From the NCBI RefSeq assembly GCF_964355755.1, contig NC_092673.1:10946948-11010947 (forward strand): a stretch of 64,000 nt of DNA, written 5' to 3'. The stretch is from Antedon mediterranea. Lineage: Eukaryota; Animalia; Echinodermata. Under the pieces are notes generated by a model, which ran no database searches, had not been told where the DNA came from, and saw only the letters and a list, made by a program, of their open reading frames with translations. Both the position numbers and the translations under genes were made by a program. This document shows, in pieces, positions 26,190 through 40,005 of the stretch (its first letter is position 1; the number at the start of each line of letters is the position of its first letter).

Positions 26190-29106
26190 CTAGACATGTA
26201 ACTCGTCACTTTGACGAGTTAGTTATCCGCACGACAAACGTGCACATCATATGTTAGAATATTGCACACAGAAAAAGATTATGGCATTATGACCTGAACT
26301 GAAGAATATGATATGTTGTTATTGCTGAATTTCTATTATTTTGATTCATATAATATAGTATAACACAGTATAATCTGTATCCATATCACATACAGTGTAG
26401 AATAGCTGAAATTACGGGACCCGCTATTTATTGCAATTTTTAACATGTTGACGGTTTTAAAATGAAACGCGCAGGTAGCAATTTCGGAAATTTGAATACG
26501 TGAAATATTGATGCGCGCTCTTTTAAATGTAATGCATTATGACGTAAAAGATGAAAATACGACTTTTTTTATTTAACTGGCCATATGATGACGTCACAAC
26601 AACCGATTGGCAACATTTTCACATGATTTCGTATCTACAATCCAATAGCTTCCAGAAAACGTTTTAATCGTAATTATCACATTTTATTCTTACGAGCTAT
26701 AACAGATTAAAATTTACTGTAAAGATGAAATTAATGCCACACGTAATTAAAAGTTTTAGGCATGATGACGTCATAAAAAATAAAATTTTTTTAACTCGTG
26801 CGAAAGATAGTTGATTGTCCTAGACAATATCAAAATCGAAGTGAAAATGGAAAACGGATAACTGGAAATGCGCTCTATTAAATGTGATGAGCTATGACGA
26901 AAGATACAAAAATCCTAAATATTATATTCGCGTGGCCTTATGATGACGTCACAATGTCCGGTTAGCCATATTAATACATGATCCGATATCTAAAACTCAT
27001 CAACTTCCAGAATATGTCATCCACAAAAAGTTGATGGTGTAGTTTAGAAATTACGAATGTTTAAAAAAAGGCATAATTTTGATGAATTTTTTAACTTTTT
27101 CATCAAAAACGCGCGCAAATTGTCCAATTCGAAGTGCTCGTATGACGTAACTTTAAATCGAAATTGTTTAAAAGTTGGTAAAATTACTAGAAAAATGGTG
27201 GAAAAACATAAATCAAGCGAAAAAAATATGTTTTTAATGCTACGTGCGCACCGCACACGTAAAAATTTGCGCACGCGTGGGAATTTTTGACATGCTTAAA
27301 ATGACATGAAACACGTAGAAAGTTGATTAGAAATTAATTTTGCGCATTTTGAAATTTTAAATGCGCGTGCACGCGTAACTTTGTGTTAAACACGCAATTT
27401 TTTTTTCACAGAAAGTTAGCGCATTACATAAGTTAAACTTTTGCAAAGTTTCAATTTAAAATGTTATTTGGTTTTTGACCTATGTTAAATACGAGAAAAT
27501 CGTTAAATCGCGCGTAAATCACGTTGCGCAACTCTAACGTCATTCACAATAGGAGGTGCACAATTTCACGTAAATGCCCACATGTTGACAAAGTTATAAA
27601 ATGTTACGTTAGCACGTTTTAGAGATACGTGAGACACAAAATTGACACAAAGAAAGAAAAATAAAGAAAACTAGATTTGAACTCGTCACTTTGACGAGTT
27701 CGGGTTATCCGCGCAAACGCAACATGCACATACGCTTAAAATATATGAACGGCGAAAATTATTATGCCTTCCTATTACATGATTTAAATACGTTTACAGT
27801 GCTGAATTGTACCTATTTTGTAGCATACAACATATTACAGTATTTACAGAATACACTGTATATGTTATATACAGTGTAGCATAGACGAAATTACAAGACC
27901 CATCTTTTAAATCCAATTATTAACACGATGACGTCATCAAATTGACATAAAGATAACTATTTTAGAAGATAATTATCTAAATAATTACATTAATACAAAT
28001 TTGAAGAATTTTGGGCACGTAAAAGTGACATGCGCTCTAGTTTAAACGCAATGAACTTTTACGCAAGAAATGAAAATATGACTTTTTGAATTCAACTGGC
28101 CATATGATAACGTCATGACATCAGATAGACAAAATTTGTATATGAATTCATATCTACAATTCAACAACTTCTATAATAAGTTTTAATCATCACTTTTTAT
28201 TCTGACGAGCTATAACAGATTGAAGTTTACTGTAAAGATGAAAAGAAGTGACCCACGTTATTTACATTTTTAGACATGATGACGTCATAAAAATTATACA
28301 ATACAATACAAATTTTAAGAATTTGGGGCACGTAAAAGAGAGATGCGCTCTCGTTTAAATGCAATGAACTATTACGCAAGAGATAAAAATATGACTTTCT
28401 GAATTCAACTGGCCATATGATGACGTCACAACATCTAATTGCAAAATATTCACATGAATTCGTATCTACAACCCAATAGCTTCCAGAAAACGTTTTAATC
28501 ATGATTATCACTTTTTATTCTGACGAGCTATAACAGATTGAAATTTACTGTAAAGATGAAAATAGGGGACCCACGTTATTTACATTTTTATACATGATGA
28601 CGTCATAAAAATTAAAATGTTTTTAACTCATGCGAAAGATAGTTGATTGACCTAGAGAGTATTAAAATATCTGTGGAAATGGAATATGTATAAGCCAGAT
28701 GCGCTCTATTTAATGTGATGAGCAATAACGAAAAGTAAAAAATCCTATATTTTACATTCGAGTGGCCATACGATGACGTCATAACATTCGAGGGGTAAAG
28801 ATTCTGCATGAATTCATATCTACAACATATCTGCTTACATATTAAATTAAAAAAATTGGGGGTCATGGATAATCCTGAGGAACTATAATAGATTAAAAAT
28901 AGACATAATTTTGACAATATGTTGTCACTTTTGCAACTAAAACGCACGCAAATGTTCTAAATCAACGTGTTCGTATGACGTCATATTTTAATTTGAAATG
29001 ATGTCAATCTTTTTTAAAATGACTAGGAAAGGCTGTAAAATCATAATTCAAGAGAAAACACATGATTTTCATGCTCCGTGCGCACCTTACGCGTGAATTT
29101 TTTCGT
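26190..29106 (-). mobile_element. Two Helentron-like copies (type A at 26190; type B at 27671, broken at ~29106)
   Basis: CTAG + hairpin + subTIR at both starts. No adjacent 5' termini. Internal duplication around 28305-28610. Confidence 0.75.
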
Positions 29107-29708
29107 TAAGTTTTATTCACGATTTGAGAATGATAATGATAATCAGTCCTTTAATAAGTTAATTGATTGTAATATAGAAGACCGCATTGTTATAGATACA
29201 GGATGTTTACCAACAATTTCGGAAAGTGAACCAAAAAAAAGCCAGCGGTCCTTATAACGTTAGCTTCTGGGTACTTGGTATGTGTGCTGAACATTTAGCG
29301 GTCCCCTTTACCCTATTGTTTCAAGAATCCCTGGATCTTCATCATGTGCCTATCTGCTGGAAATCGTCAACAAAAGAGCCACCTAATCAATTGACAATTT
29401 CGCCCGGTAGCACTTACCCCTATTGTTATGAAGTGCTTTGAAAAGATTATTAGTAAACATCTTATTAACCCTTTATCTCCGCTTCTTGACCATTGGGAAT
29501 TTGCTTTCCAACCACACAAGTGTGTAGATGATGCTGTTCTTACACTTGTAAGTCATGTTGATATTTTAAATTGTTATGTTAGAGCAACTTTTGTAGATTT
29601 TTCTTCTGCATTTAATAAATTGCAACCTAGCATTCTAATTAGAAAACTTAGTGATATACTGTAAACGTAAATCCTTATCTTATAACATGGATTTTAGCTT
29701 TTTAAGTA

Positions 29709-30367
29709 CCGTACTGACGCGGGTATAAGCCCATACTCGGGTATAAGCCCACCCCCGACTTTTGACTAATTTTCATGAAAAATGAGGCACTCGGGTATAA
29801 GCCCACCCATTAATTCGAAGATCTACAGTGTGTGTCGTAATACATTATTTTGTATTTGGCGACGTCCATGCACCGAATACACCTACCTTTGACCATAACC
29901 AAGCTAGGCTAATATACGAGGCCTAGCGGTCCTGTTTTGTTTACACTCCATCGCGGTCGAAGATCGCTTCACACACGACGCTACAAGTCGCCAAAACGGA
30001 AAACCACTATTTGGTATCGGCTGCCATAAACAAGCTTATTAAATTTCTTTGGTACATTTCTATTTAACGAACATTGTATACTTGCTTTTCTGCTTGATAA
30101 ATTCTTGTTCAATTGATGTTTAAAATAAGATATTCTACGATAAATTACACGAACTAGCCTATAAGCTTAATTTCCGACACTCTACACCTCGTGTATTTAG
30201 AGGCAACGTCGTACACGTGAGGGCGCTCGCTCACATGGTGGAATACACAGTGTACATGTGCTGTTTTTGACGATCTGCATTTTTGGATCCTCGGGTATAA
30301 GCCCACCCCCCAAACTTGACGTGATTTCATGTTCAAGGGGGGTGGGCTTATACCCACGTCAGTACGG
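29709..30367. mobile_element. Tc1/mariner-type MITE, TA target duplication
   Basis: TIR CCGTACTGACGCGGGTATAAGCCC / GGGCTTATACCCACGTCAGTACGG flanked by TA. Internal repeats of CGGGTATAAGCCC. Confidence 0.88.
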
Positions 30368-30896
30368 TAATAGAGTAAAACGTGTGTCAGTATCTGGGAC
30401 TCTTTCGTATAAACAGATAACTAATGTCGGATCCCTACAAGGTTGTGTTCTCTCGCCGTTATTATTTGTTTTGTATACGAATGATTGTAAATCCACTCAT
30501 CCGAACAATTATTTGTTGAAGTACGCCGACGATACAGTCTTATATTAGGTTTACTTGATAAGAATGAAGAGACATTGTATAGAAACTCAGTGAATTTATT
30601 TATTACATGGTGTGTACATATCGTTTAGTTATTAACGAAAGTAAATCTAAAGAAATGATTTTTGACTTCCGAAATCGTTCTAATCAACCGGATTATGTTC
30701 AGGTAAATCAATGAAGTTGATATTGATATTGTGTCCAAAAATGAATATCTTGGAATGGTAATCGACAACAAGCTTAATTGGGGTGAACATGTCTAAGGGT
30801 AACTCTAGATTGTACTTTTTAAGAAAATTAAACTTGTTTAATGTTGACAACACAATATTAGGTCTATTTTATAAGTCGGTAATGGAAAGTGTCTTA

Positions 30897-31769
30897 GGGT
30901 CTGTTTCTGCTGAAAAAATCAAAATAATCGATTTTTTCCAGTCACCGCAAACCACAAAAATAATCGCGTTGCAATTGAAAATTGCTACGACTTTAATCGG
31001 TTATTCAGGTAATCGGTTTTTTAAATCACGTCATCATTCCCCCACAGCGCAGTTCAAGTTATGAAAGGCCGATGAGAGTTGGTTTGTTTACATCCTATCG
31101 CAGCCTAAAACTCTCAAATGTAGGATTAAAAATTACTCTTACGTAAAGCTATATTATTTGTAAAATAAACATCTAGTCCTACTACCGTACCACATACAAC
31201 AGAATAATGATGTTATATTAATAAGGACACGTCGGCGAAAAAAGTTCGTTTCGCCGTTCGTTGGTTCTACCGCGGCCTGCTAGGCATATAGGCTATATAT
31301 TTCTACCGAAACAAGTCAACAGACAACAGGCCTAAAAAATGACATGTAAAACATCGTTAGCCTGGACTGGTGGTATTTAACGGGTGTACTTGTAACACAG
31401 AATCCTGGAGTCTCTCGGTATAATTCTCCCCCACAAAATAATAAAAATCAAATGTTTAACATTTAATTGTTATTCGGTCTACATCGCGATCGCAGATAAA
31501 CAGCATGCTTTGTGACGTGAATAAGTTTGTCATACTCTAGAGGTCAAAGTGAGGTCAATAATCGCTATTTGTGTTGCAGCTCAAAACTGCTCCGCAATAA
31601 TCAGTTAAAACAAGAAATAATCGATTAAAACACGCAATGGATTGAGTGTTTTTAATCGGTTATTTTTAATTGGTTATTTTATTTTGCGCCGTTTCTGCTG
31701 CCCAAAAATAATCGATTAAAAAAATAAACGGTTAATAATCGATTAGTTCTGCTCAGCAGAAACAGGCCC
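30897..31769. mobile_element. MITE with TIR GGG(T/C)CTGTTTCTGCTGA
   Basis: 17-bp TIR with one mismatch, TA on both sides. Removing it restores the LINE frame ESVL-VYGC. Confidence 0.85.
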
Positions 31770-32322
31770 TAGTTTATGGTTGTCTGATACGGTTCAGTAG
31801 TTTTAGAAAAAATCAGACCTAAAGAATGTTCAATGTTTAGTAAATAAGGCGTGCAGAATAACTAAACAGATCATTAGATTTGATTTGATGATGTTTGTAA
31901 CGTCAAAATCTATGATAAGGTCATTGCCATAATGAAAGATGAGAGTCATCCGCTCAATGGTTGAGATCTGGAAGGCGTTTGAGGGCTACACGTTGTAGAA
32001 CAAAACGCTTCCTTAATTCTTTTATTCCGTACTCAATTAGACATTTTAATAATCGTTGTTAAGTCGTTGAATTTTGTTGCTATGTAATTTTATTGTAGTA
32101 ACCTTTTAACTTTGAGCAATTGTATGTCACATGAATTTCCATATGGACAAATATAAACTATGAACTAAAGGTCAAAGGTCAAAAATGCCAAAAATCATAC
32201 TTCCGGCCATTTTTGGACAAACTTTTCCATTAGAACGAATATTAATATGCATCTTCCAAATAATTTGATTTATTGTGTAATTTATGTTATATAATTTGAC
32301 TTTTATGTATTATTAATTATAG

Positions 32323-32473
32323 GTATGCACATCTCGATTTTGGTTCAACTACCGGCATGTAGCTAATGCTTTGTCTGTATATCGTAGTGTGAAGCGTTTA
32401 GGAATTCCTGATAGCCATATCATTCTCATGCTAGCAGACGATATGGCTTGCAATGCTCGCAATCCTAGACCAG
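32323..32473 (+). CDS. PIGK: Internal exon of GPI-anchor transamidase PIG-K/GPI8 (peptidase C13 family)
   Basis: AG acceptor 32321-32322, GTGAG donor 32474. Translates [50 protein letters not shown], the conserved N-terminal block of PIG-K. Not in the ORF track. Confidence 0.93.
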
Positions 32474-33424
32474 GTGAGGACAGTAAATGATAAGTGAAGA
32501 ATACAGCCTTATTTTTTACTCCAATACTTATTTGACTGAGGTGATTAAGGCACCCTGGGTAAATTATTACAAACGACAAGAACATGTTCGGACACGTTTG
32601 CTATTGTATTACGACAATGTCCTTATTACACTTTTGGCTAACCATTTGGGGGACCACCGTTTGGATGCGTTTATTTGGCATGTTGCTCCGCCACATTAAA
32701 TGTTTGACTGAGCAGCACATTGTTTGTAGGTTTGTATGATTACTTCTTTGTACACCCGTCATTTATCAAGACAGTGTTTGCGTAAAAATTACTTTTTAAA
32801 GCTTGGTATGAGGCTAACTGCCTAAATCTTTATTATTATTATTTATTCGTACAAATTAAAAAGATTTTGAAACTTGTCCTACAGATAGAATATAAAATGC
32901 TAAATTCCTAAGTTTCAATTCATGAATCACACGGTCCAAACATTTTGGATTCTCGGTGAGACCCTTTGACCTTTCTGGATTTATTTTAGGTCGAAGTTTT
33001 GACCTCGCGTATAAAACAATATTTAGATGGAATGGCCAATAAACCAGAAGTGTAGTTGAGCGCGAAAAATACATGCGTTTATTGAAAACGAAATATGATG
33101 CGATCATGTAGCTACTAATTTTCTATCGACATCCTTTAGACATTCAATTGAACGCCTATATAGTCAAGTTTTTACTTATAATATATAGAAGACGTTTAAC
33201 TAGATCACATCGTGCCTCTAATTCATTGTTGAAATTCGCCTGGGATGATTAAATTGATATATTTTTAGATATAATCCTAAAACCTAAATTTTTTTATTCT
33301 GGGTTCGCACTGGCCGATCGCCAAGTCGCCATGGGCGAAAACATTTCCAGATTCTTTCATCTACAAAAGACTTAACCTTCTACTGAAGTCAGCAAGTGCA
33401 ATAGGTAAAAAATGTAAACTTAGA

Positions 33425-35543
33425 TGGAATGGAGCGCATCACGGTTATCTGTATTCCTTTTTCTCCAAGTTTTTAATATTGTCTAGGTCAATCAACTATC
33501 TTATGCATGAGTTAAAAATATTTATTTTTTATGACATCATCATGCCTAAACATTTAAATTACGTGTATACAGATTATACTGTGTACTTTAAAATGTATAC
33601 TACCGTATTTTCCGGAGTATAGGTCGAGACTTTGTGGGAAAATTTTAATTGCAAAATCGGGGGGTCGACTTATACTCCGACCATGCGATTTTTGAAAAAA
33701 ATCAGGCCGAAAAAATATGTTCAAAAGCCGTCAGCTGTCAAGGCCCAGCAAGGTCAGTGGCCTATCATCAATCATTCACAGAAGTTTTCAATTTAATACC
33801 TACATTGTACAAAATAATACAACTCCAAAAAGTACTGGTCAATAAAATATTAATATATCACAATGACTCATTTTGATGTTAATATTACGCTTTTAAGATA
33901 ATTAAGAATAAATAGTTTTCTTTATGCTTCTTATTCACTCTCGAGAAAACATCGTAACACACACCACAGACGTCGGAATGTCCATGCAGCATGTTTGTTA
34001 TTGCGCGATATTTTCATCTATACACATGCGCAGTTTGTTTGTTTGTTCGTAATTACAATTACTGCGCATGTCTATTCATAAAATAAATTCTCCTTAGTCG
34101 GGCGCATGTACATTTACAGATAACGCGATTTACAACTACTCGCCTGTACAATTAATAAGCCTCCTAACGGAAAACTTGTTTTAATTTATTCGAGTGACGC
34201 GAAAAACATCGCTGATGGCAAGTAACGCTACATCGCTGTCATTTATTATAGGCTGGTGAAGACGGCGGCGAAGTCGTCGTCATTACGTCCGTCCGATATT
34301 GATTAGGCCTACACTTTAATAATATAAACAAATAACCACATTTCATACATTTCTAGCCCTCTTTGAACTTTAAAGTAAGTTGTGTTATTAGCCGATTTTG
34401 GGGGTCGACTTATATTCAGGTCATACCAAAATCAACGATATTCTAGGCCAAAGTTGGGGGTCGACTTATACTTGGGGTCGACCTATACTCCGGAAAATAT
34501 GGTATATGACACAAAATAGACAGAATTTAGCACTAACAACATATCATATTCTTCAGTTCAGGTCATAATGCCATAATTATTTTCTGTGTGCAACATTCTA
34601 ACGTATGACGTGCACGTGGCGTTTGTCGAGCGGATAACTAACTCGTCAAAGTGACGAGTTTCATGTCTAGTTCTTCTTTCTTTCCCGGATTTTTGTGACC
34701 AGCATATCCCCTATTAATTGTGAACATAAGATTGTATAACTTTGTCAAAAGATTTAGCTGTAGATGTGCAAGAAACTTCGTTATATGACGTTAGAGTCGC
34801 GCAGCGTAAGTTACGCTCGATTTTATGAATTTCAATGATTGATCATAGATTATAAACCAAAAGAAGTTACGCGCGCACGCGCATTTAAAATTTCAAAATG
34901 CGCAAAATCAATTTCTAATCAACTTTCTACGCCGATCATGACATTTTGAGCATGTCAAAAATTCCCACGCGCGCGAAAAAAATTACGCGTAAGGTGCGCA
35001 CAGAGCATGAAAATCATGTGTTTTTCTCTTGAATTATGATTTTACAGTCTTTCCTAGTTATTTTAAAAAAGATTGACATCATTTCAAATTAAAATGACGT
35101 CATACGAACACGTTGATTTGGACAATTTGCGCGCGTTTTAGTTGCAAAAGTGACAACATATTGTCAAAATTATGCCTATTTTTAATCTATTATAGCTTCT
35201 CAGGATCATCCATGACCCCCAATTTTTTTAATTTAATATGTAAGCAGATATATTGTAGATATGAATTCATGCACAATCTTTACCCCTCGGATGTTATGAC
35301 GTCATCGTATGGCCACACAAATGTAAAATATAGGATTTTTTACACTTTCGTTATTGCTCATCACATTAAATAGAGCGCATCTCGCTTATACGTATTCCAT
35401 TTCCACAGATATTTAAATACTCTTTAGGTCAATTAACTATGTTTCACATGCGTTAACAATATTTAAATTTTTATGACGTCATCATGTATAAAAATGTAAA
35501 TAACGTGGGTCCCCTATTTTCATCTTACAGTAAATTTCAATCT
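33425..35543 (+). mobile_element. Opposite-orientation Helentron-like fragments (type A ending CTAG at 34670; type-B-like body 34671-35543)
   Basis: GCGGATAACTAACTCGTCAAAGTGACGAGTTTCATGTCTAG at 34630-34670; body is the reverse complement of the flanking copies. Confidence 0.78.
33603..34502. mobile_element. Tc1/mariner-type MITE, TA target duplication
   Basis: TIR CCGTATTTTCCGGAGTATAGGTCGA / TCGACCTATACTCCGGAAAATATGG. Internal GGGGTCGACTTATA repeats. Empty site visible in the sister copy ~51580. Confidence 0.88.
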
Positions 35544-38500
35544 GAAATTCTTGTAAAACATGCCATTTTTAATCCACAAAAAGTTTGCTCTTGATATGAC
35601 TTAAATTTTCACAAAGTGTCAAAACAAAATTATGCTTGGTTTTTAGTCTATGAGCAATCATAAAAAATCATAAAATCGCGCGTAAGTCACGTTGCGCAAC
35701 TCTGACGTCATTCAAAATAGGAGGTGCACAACTTCACGTAAATGCCCATATGTTGACAAAGTTATGAAATGTTATGTTTACAAGTTTTTGAGATACGCGA
35801 GACACAAAAATGGAGGAGAAAGAAAGAAGAATAATACTAGACATGAAACTCGTCACTTTGACGAGTTAGTTATCAGCACCACGACAAACGCCACGTGCAC
35901 GTCATACGTTGGAATATTGCACACAGTAAAGATTATGGCATTATGACAAGAACTGAAGAATATGATATGCTCTTAGTGCTGAATTCTGTCAATTTTGTGT
36001 CATATAGTATATACATGCAAACAGTATAATCTGTATACATATTACATACAGTGTAGAATAGGTGAAATTACGGGACCCGCCATTTATTCCAATTTTTAAC
36101 ATGGCGACGGTATCAAAATGAAACAATTAGATAGCAATTTCAGAAAGAAATTATCTCAGGAACAACATATTAACATGTAGAAGAAATTTGAATACGTAAA
36201 ATATAGATGCGCACCCTTTTAAATATGTGACCCAGGTTATTTACATTTTTAGACATGATGACGTCATAAAAATTAAAAATTTTTAACTCATGCGTAAGAT
36301 AGTTGATTGACCTAGACAATATTAAAATCTTGGAAAAAAAGGAATACAGATAGGCGTGATGCGCTCCATTGAATATGATGAGCAATAACGAAAGAGACAA
36401 AAATCCTATATTTTACATTCGTGTGGCCATACGATGATGTCACCATGTCCAGTTAGCCATATTGATTCATGATTCGATATCTACAACTCATCAACTTCCA
36501 GAATATGTAATTAAAAAAAAGTTCACCTCGTTGTTTAGAATCTGTCGCCCGTATTCTTAAACCGGACTTAAGTCTTAGTTTGAGCTAAAACTAAAAAAAT
36601 GACGTCATTTTAATTCATAAACCGAACTTCAACTAAATCACCGACTAAATCAGGTCAACCTCGACTTAATCGAGACGGATTTTGATCGATTTTTTTAGTC
36701 CTGGAGGGGGCAGGCTAAATGGTCGACTAAATGGTTTTTAAACGATGTTTATAAAAAACGTAACAGTCATTGAGTTGTTATATTGGCCAGATATTGAAGA
36801 ATGAAATATCTATATTTATATTAGCTTAATTAAATATACATTGGTATAAGTTATAATAATGAAAATCATCTTTATTTACAACTGTATACAAATTACATTA
36901 TTTTCTTCGCGCAAGTCCGACTTGAACTACGTCACGCCATAGCGACAATGGGAGATGCGGCAATTCACCACGCGATGGAATGTTTAGGGGGCCTAGCGCT
37001 TTCTTGTCACGCTAGGAAGTGCGTGGTTCGTCGCGATCATACTTTGTTGGAGGCCTAGAAAATATGAAAGTTACCGTACCGCCATGGTTCCTAAATATAT
37101 TTTGAAGATTTTGTTTGTTGTTAATCAAAAGTACTTCACTGTTAAAGTAATACTGATCTTGTTCTAATAATTAACGATTAAAATTATTTTTCATTAATAT
37201 AGTCCTGATGCGTAAAAAGTTTTGTAAGAAAATGGAAAGTGATATCAATGCGCAAAATGTCGTCTGCTTCTCAAATACTCTCTTTTCATTGGCCAATGTT
37301 TAGCCTTTGTTACCCAGACGTGTGCAACTCGACTAAAACCTCGACTTCATTAAGTCGAACTGCAAACTTCGACTACTTCGTTTTTTAATCGAATTTAAAG
37401 TAATAGCTCGAACTACGACTTTTTCAAGTCGAACTTTGAACTACGACTAAAGTCCGGTTTAAGAATACGGGCGTTAGACTGTTTAAAAAAAGGCATAATT
37501 TTTCCAATTTTTAAACTTTTTCATCAAAAACGTACGTAAATTATCCAATTCAACGTGCCCGTATGACGTAGTTTTAAGTCGAAATTGTTTAAAAGTTGGT
37601 AAAATTACTAGAAAAGGCTGAAAAAACATAAATCACGCAAAAAAAATTGTTTTCAACGCTACGTTCGCACCATGCGTTAAAAAAAATGCGCGTGCGTGGG
37701 AATTTTTTACATGCTCAAAAATGACATGAAACGCATAGAAAATTTATTAGAAATTTATTTTTCGCATTTCAAAATTTTAAACGCGCGTGCGCGCGTAACT
37801 TCGTGTGAAACATGCCATTTTTTTTCCACAGTCAGCTAGCGCAAGATTTAAATTAAACTTTTGATAAGTTTCAATTTACGTTGTTATATGGTTTTAGATA
37901 TATTATGTTAAAAACGCGAAATTCATAAAAACATGCGTAAGTAATTACGTTGCGCATTTCTGACGTCATTCACAATAGCAGGTGCACAACTTCATGTGAA
38001 TGCCCACATGTTGACAAAGTTATAAAATGTTATGTTTACACGTTTTTGAGATACGCGTGACACAAAAATGACAGAAAGAAAGAAGAATACAGACTAGATT
38101 TGAACTCGTCACTTTGACGAGTTCTGGTTATCCACGCAAACGCAACATGCACATACTTAACCATATGAACCTCGACAATAATTATGCCATCCTATGACAT
38201 GAAATAAATATGTTTACAGTGCTGAATTGTACCTATTATGTAGCATACATCATATTACAGTATTTTACAGAATAAACTGTATATGTTATACAGTGTAGCA
38301 TAGACAAAATTACGAGACCCATCTTTTAAATCCAATTATTAACACGATGACGTCATCAAATTGACATATAAAGATAACAATTTTAGAAGATAATTATCTA
38401 AATAATTACATTAAAACAAATTTGCGCTCTATTTAATGTGATGAGCAATAACGAAAGAGTAAAAAATCCTCTATTTTACATTCGTGTGGCCATACGATGC

Positions 38501-39617
38501 CGTCATAACATCCGAGAGGTAAAAATTCTGCATGAATTCATATCTACAACATATCTGCTTACATATTAAATTTAAAAAATTGGGGGTCGTGGATGATCCT
38601 GAGGAGCTATAATAGATTCAAAATGGGCATTATTTTGACAATATTTGTAACTTTTTCAACTAAAACGCGCGCAAATGGTCTAAATCAACGTGCTCGTATG
38701 ACGTCATTTTAATTTGAAATGATGTAAATCTTTTTTTAAATGACTAAGAAAGGCTGTAAAATCATAATTCAAGAAAAAAACACATGATTTTTATGCTCCG
38801 TGCGCACCTTACGCGTAATGTTTGCGTTTGGGAATGTTTACGCTTTTTAATCCATAGAAATTTCGCCCTTGATATGACTTAAATTTTCACCAAGTGTCAA
38901 TAAAAAATGACTTTTGGTTTATAATCTATGATCAATCATTGAAATTCATAAAATCGCGCGTAACTTACGCTGCGCGACTCTAACGTCATATAACGAAGTT
39001 TCTTGCACATCTACAGCTACAGGTCAATCTTTTGACAAAGTTATACAAAGTTACGTTCACAAGCAATAGGGGATATGCGACACACAAAAATCCGGGAAAG
39101 AAAGAAGAATAACAAAGAAGATGAAAAAAAAGATATTTACAATCACATGGGTTATCCTGCAACTAAGTTGCAGATAACCAAAAAGAAAAAAAAAAAAAAA
39201 AGATCCTGACAATAACAAGGGGTTATCCGCCAAGTGCGAATAACCAAAAAAAAAGATGATGAAACAGGATAACCAAAAATATTGATCCCATACAATAACA
39301 AAGGAGTTATTTAAAATTTTAAACGCGCGTTCGCGCGTAACTTCGTGTGAAACATGCCAATTTTTTTCCACAGTCAGCTAGCGCAAGATTTAAATTAAAC
39401 TTTTGTTAAGTTTCAATTTACGTTGTTATATGGTTTTCGATATAATTATGAAACAGGACGATTACAAGGAGTTATCCGCTACTAAGCGGATAACGAATAA
39501 AGATGAAAAGGATTTTTACAATCACAAGGGTTATCCGCAACTTTACAAGTTGCGGATAACCAAAAATATTGATCCCATACAATAACAAGGAGTTATCCGC
39601 CAAGTGCGGATAACTAA
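35544..39617 (-). mobile_element. Helentron-like copies (CTAG at 35837 and 38094) and a stack of about six 5' termini (39120-39617)
   Basis: Termini end at 39181, 39247, 39497, 39563, 39617, plus a broken one at ~39277-39310. Confidence 0.75.
36546..37473. mobile_element. MITE (PIF/Harbinger-like, uncertain) inserted in a Helentron-like copy
   Basis: Perfect 24-bp TIR CGCCCGTATTCTTAAACCGGACTT / AAGTCCGGTTTAAGAATACGGGCG. Host sequence resumes afterwards. Target duplication not clean. Confidence 0.82.
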
Positions 39618-40005
39618 TAATAAATGCGTTATTGCTATGTAATTCAATGTCTGATGTATGATACCATCTTGGCTGCCAGAGGCGCTTGACAGTGTTACTC
39701 CCATTCTGCTTCTAAAATCTTGCTTTTTGGGTTCCAAGTACACATTTTGAGAGTGATTTTACTCCCAATATTGTTATCAGCACTTACAACTATTGTATTG
39801 TATCTTTTTTTTTCTTATTTTTATCAGCTAAGCTAGGCCCAATCTAGCTGTGTGCATGCTATTGTCTTAGCAATGTTCAGTGAAGCAAAGCCTATTGTTG
39901 CCTTAGAACTTTGGGACAGCATAGCATAGGAGATTTGTTTACAGGGCCTAGAGTCGGTGTATGTGTGATATTATTATTATAATCTACCATTGTTGCGAGT
40001 AAACT

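Larger units (their letters stand above)
29200..32165 (+). pseudogene. 5'-truncated decayed LINE RT (Rex1/Babar-like), interrupted by two MITEs
   Basis: Motifs in order: FAFQP, FVDFSSAFN, GSLQGCVLSPLLFVLYTNDC, KYADD, RLYFLRKL, FYKSVMESVL, DESHPL, RTKRFLNSFIP. Multiple stops and frameshifts. Confidence 0.85.

Noticed and set aside
54-28947. Many 60-110 aa ORFs with similar translations
   Set aside because: They are chance frames of the same non-coding repeat on both strands, broken at different places in each copy.
32349-32699. Track ORFs 32349-32585 (-) and 32487-32699 (+)
   Set aside because: One is antisense to the PIG-K exon and the other is intronic; no recognisable motifs.
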